A DNA stretch of 64,000 nucleotides from Anthoceros angustus (taxonomy: Eukaryota; Plantae; Anthocerotophyta): NCBI GenBank assembly GCA_010909165.1, contig VJWM01000019.1, positions 62,001 through 126,000 on the forward strand. Reading direction: 5' to 3'. Numbering within the stretch: the stretch's first letter is position 1; each line of letters opens with the position of its first letter. Below, in pieces: positions 61,001 through 64,000 of the stretch. The notes beneath the pieces are model-generated. The model had not been told where the DNA came from. It saw only the letters and a program-made list of their open reading frames with translations, and ran no database searches. Both the position numbers and the translations under genes were made by a program.

Positions 61001-61879
61001 TGCAGGTGAGGAACTCTTATCCCACTCCCGATGTCTCACTCCTCTTCCTGCTCCTGCTCCTGGAGGTTGACCGGCTTCATCCGTTGGTGCTCAAATCCCA
61101 GATCCTTAATACAGGATGGCCAGATTTCCGCAATTCTGGATCCCCGCATCCTGGAGGGAGACCGTCGGCAAACGGAGTCCATTTGCAAGCTGGGCAACAT
61201 CGCTGAGATCTGCGTGCGTGAGTCGCAGAAGGAGAGGCCAACAATGAGGCAAGTGGCATCCTGGATAGAGCAGCTGGTGCAATCTCTTTCCGGGCTACGG
61301 CACTCCCTGGACTTCGATATTGAATCTGAAACTTTCGACAACCCGCTGGTTTCCAACATCGGCCGTGGGATGGGCAAGTCTCAAAGTGTGGTCTTCAGGG
61401 ATGGGGCAGCCATGAAACATATCCCAGGTAACGTGCGCGTGAATTCCCGCAGAAATCCATCAGAGAACACCATTCCCGAGGTCCCCGACGAAGGCCTCAC
61501 AACCAGCAGCGCAGATGACTCAGGCCGGGAGACTATGGAAACCCAGCGATCTAAGCATGCTGCTGCACCGGCCCCTTGTAATGCTCCGGGCATTTGCAAC
61601 CTAGGGGTGCCTAACCCCCCAGCTCCTACATCGAGCGACAGGACTGCAAGTCCGGAGCTGTCCCCAGGCTGCAGCCAACGCTTCCAGCGCGGAAAGCGCA
61701 GTCAGCCTCCCTTCACGAAGTCCTCCCATCCCGGATGCAACCAAGACCGTGTCACACTCGGGTCCACTACTCGGTGCTGCTCCAAAATCCAAAGCCTTCC
61801 CTCAACCACCCAGGCCTGGCCCTCTTACTGCATTGAGACCAACTCTTACCATAACCAGACAATCGTTTCCAGCAGTTGA
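58048..61879 (+). CDS. CRINKLY4-family receptor-like kinase; exons 58048-58534, 58646-59104, 59215-59798, 59894-60225, 60340-60566, 60663-61005, 61102-61879
   Basis: Signal peptide; crinkly/RCC1-like repeats ([57 protein letters not shown]...LQCW); Cys-rich segment; [22 protein letters not shown]; intact kinase motifs [31 protein letters not shown]. Confidence 0.9.
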
Positions 61880-62555
61880 TGTTCCTGCAAGGATCATCTA
61901 TTCAGGATTCAACCCTGCCAAGAGCTAAAAGGACCTAGTAAAGCCTACCAGTCGAACGCAGTGTGGGTAGATCTGTAGGCTAAGTGTTCTCCATTGAGTG
62001 GATAGATCTGTAGGCTAGGTGTTCTCCATAAAGTACTTCAAGTGTTTTCTGTGATGACAGGCACCACCCTGTCAGTTCCTGGTCGTGGGATGCTCGTGGC
62101 AGTGGGCCGGAAAAGGTTCTCTGGACACGAAGAATGTCCTGGATGCTCCAGCTGGAGCCTGCTCATTGGAGAAAACAGGGCAAGTAAAGGAAAGCCAAGC
62201 ATTCACCACTGTGCAACCGTGACCATATGCAATGCACCCTCCATCAGTCGTTAGTGTCCTAGCTAGGACCAGAACAGTCCAGAATTAGTGAAAAATGCTT
62301 CAGGACAGAGGTTGCTAAGCGCTCAAACACTCTTTGTGGGAAACGTGTCTTCCATCCATTCCCACCAGTCAGTTCAAGCCAAACAAAACAGCGGTGGATG
62401 CACAGGCAAGATCTGGAGTGACACATCTGGAGTCAACTGAGCATCCGGAAGGCGAAGGTGCGGACATTTGACATGGCAATCAATCTCCTTTCACGATGTT
62501 ACCTGATCGTGAGTCGCCAAATGCAATTCCTGCAGGAGTCCCAGCAACAAGAAGC

Positions 62556-63095
62556 ATGTGCCGCCGGGCCCGGTATGCGGCGGGGCTAGCAGTGGCTTTG
62601 GCGGTCTGCATGATAGCACCTTCAGTGGACGCATCCGACCCCGAGCTGACGGCTGACTTGGCGGCACCCGGAAGCCGAAGGTGGTGGACGGCAACTACTT
62701 CACGTTCAAAGGCTTCCGCGACTTCGCAGCTGAGCAAGGATCCTTCGGCTTTCCAAGGCGAATCTGGATGTGTTCCAGCTTTGCATGGGCTTGACGTGTC
62801 CTTCACCATCTTGGAGTACTACCCGAACACCACAGATCCAGTGCACGCACCCTCGCGGCACCGAGCTCCTGTATGTCATCGCGGGCACGCTGGAGGTCGG
62901 GCTGGTGGACACCAACGCCACTCTCTACACTCAGACTCTGCAGCAAGGTGATGTCTTCGTGTTTCCCAAGGGTTTGCTGCACTACCACGTTAACTTATCA
63001 GAGGAAGTGGCAAGGTCAATTGCGGCCTACAGCAGCTCCGACCCCGGAACACTGCCGCTCACCAAAGCCCTATTTGCATCTGGTCTCCAAAGACA
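62556..63095 (+). pseudogene. Germin-like protein (cupin), frameshifted and 3'-truncated
   Basis: Signal peptide followed by ASDPELTAD; PALHGLDVSF; germin box THPRGTELLYVIAGTLEVG; GDVFVFPKGLLHY; LFAS. Frame changes, then an abrupt junction at about 63097. Confidence 0.8.
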
Positions 63096-63097
63096 AA

Positions 63098-64000
63098 GCT
63101 GGAGTTGCTCACAGGCCAGAAGGCCATTGACAGGCAGCAGCACCCGGATGGAGACGCCAACCTTGAGCAGATGCAGGTGAGGAACTCTTATCCCACTCCC
63201 GATGTCTCACTCCTCTTCCTGCTCCTGCTCCTGGAGGTTGACCGGCTTCATCCGTTGGTGCTCAAATCCCAGATCCTTAATACAGGATGGCCAGATTTCC
63301 GCAATTCTGGATCCCCGCATCCTGGAGGAGACCGTCGGCAAACGGAGTCCATTTGCAAGCTGGGCAACATCGCTGAGATCTGCGTGCGTGAGTCGCAGAA
63401 GGAGGCCAACAATGAGGCAAGTGGCATCCTGGATAGAGCAGCTGGTGCAATCTCTTTCCGGGCTACGGCACTCCTGGACTTCGATATTGAATCTGAAACT
63501 TTCGACAACCCGCTGGTTTCCAACATCGGCCGTGGGATGGGCAAGTCTCAAAGTGTGGTCTTCAGGGATGGGGCAGCCATGAAACATATCCCAGGTAACG
63601 TGCGCGTGAATTCCCGCAGAAATCCATCAGAGAACACCATTCCCGAGGTCCCCGACGAAGGCCTCACAACCAGCAGCGCAGATGACTCAGGCCGGGAGAC
63701 TATGGAAACCCAGCGATCTAAGCATGCTGCTGCACCGGCCCCTTGTAATGCTCCGGGCATTTGCAACCTAGGGGTGCCTAACCCCCCAGCTCCTACATCG
63801 AGCGACAGGACTGCAAGTCCGGAGCTGTCCCCGAACGCAGCCAACGCTTCCAGCGCGGAAAGCGCAGTCAGCCTCCCTTCACGAAGTCCTCCCATCCCGG
63901 ATGCAACCAAGACCGTGTCACACTCGGGTCCACTACTCGGTGCTGCTCCAAAATCCAAAGCCTTCCCTCAACCACCCAGGCCTGGCCCTCTTACTGCATT
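63098..64000 (+). repeat. Near-identical duplicate of the CR4-like kinase 3' region (about 60925-61832) with scattered 1-2 nt deletions
   Basis: Direct sequence match starting GCTGGAGTTGCTCACAGGCC. Frameshifted relative to the original. Confidence 0.92.

Overview
Eukaryotic nuclear DNA from a non-flowering land plant, most likely a hornwort (Anthoceros-like). This is inferred from short GT-AG introns of about 80-290 nt, compact gene spacing, a PLS-type PPR gene with a 'WW' PG-box, and a bryophyte-like rbcS. Genes reconstructed by eye: rbcS (3 exons), a TCP11-like gene, a small plastid membrane protein, a RIN4/NOI-type small protein, two tandem alpha-expansins, a PLS-E PPR editing factor with a truncated WW-type DYW domain, a probable FAAP100 (Fanconi anaemia core complex) homologue, a CRINKLY4-like receptor kinase and a germin-like fragment. 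The standout is a 6-exon, about 1079-aa receptor with an architecture I do not recognise from described plant RLK families: signal peptide, PHI-1/EXORDIUM domain, two CUB domains, a transmembrane helix and a kinase domain lacking DFG and APE (probable pseudokinase). Interspersed are PPR and NAD-IDH pseudogenes, a decayed Ty3/Gypsy pol, several copies of a CRE-like (RLE-type) non-LTR retrotransposon and minisatellites. Several near-identical, indel-rich duplications look like long-read assembly artefacts. All family assignments come from remembered motifs, not database searches.
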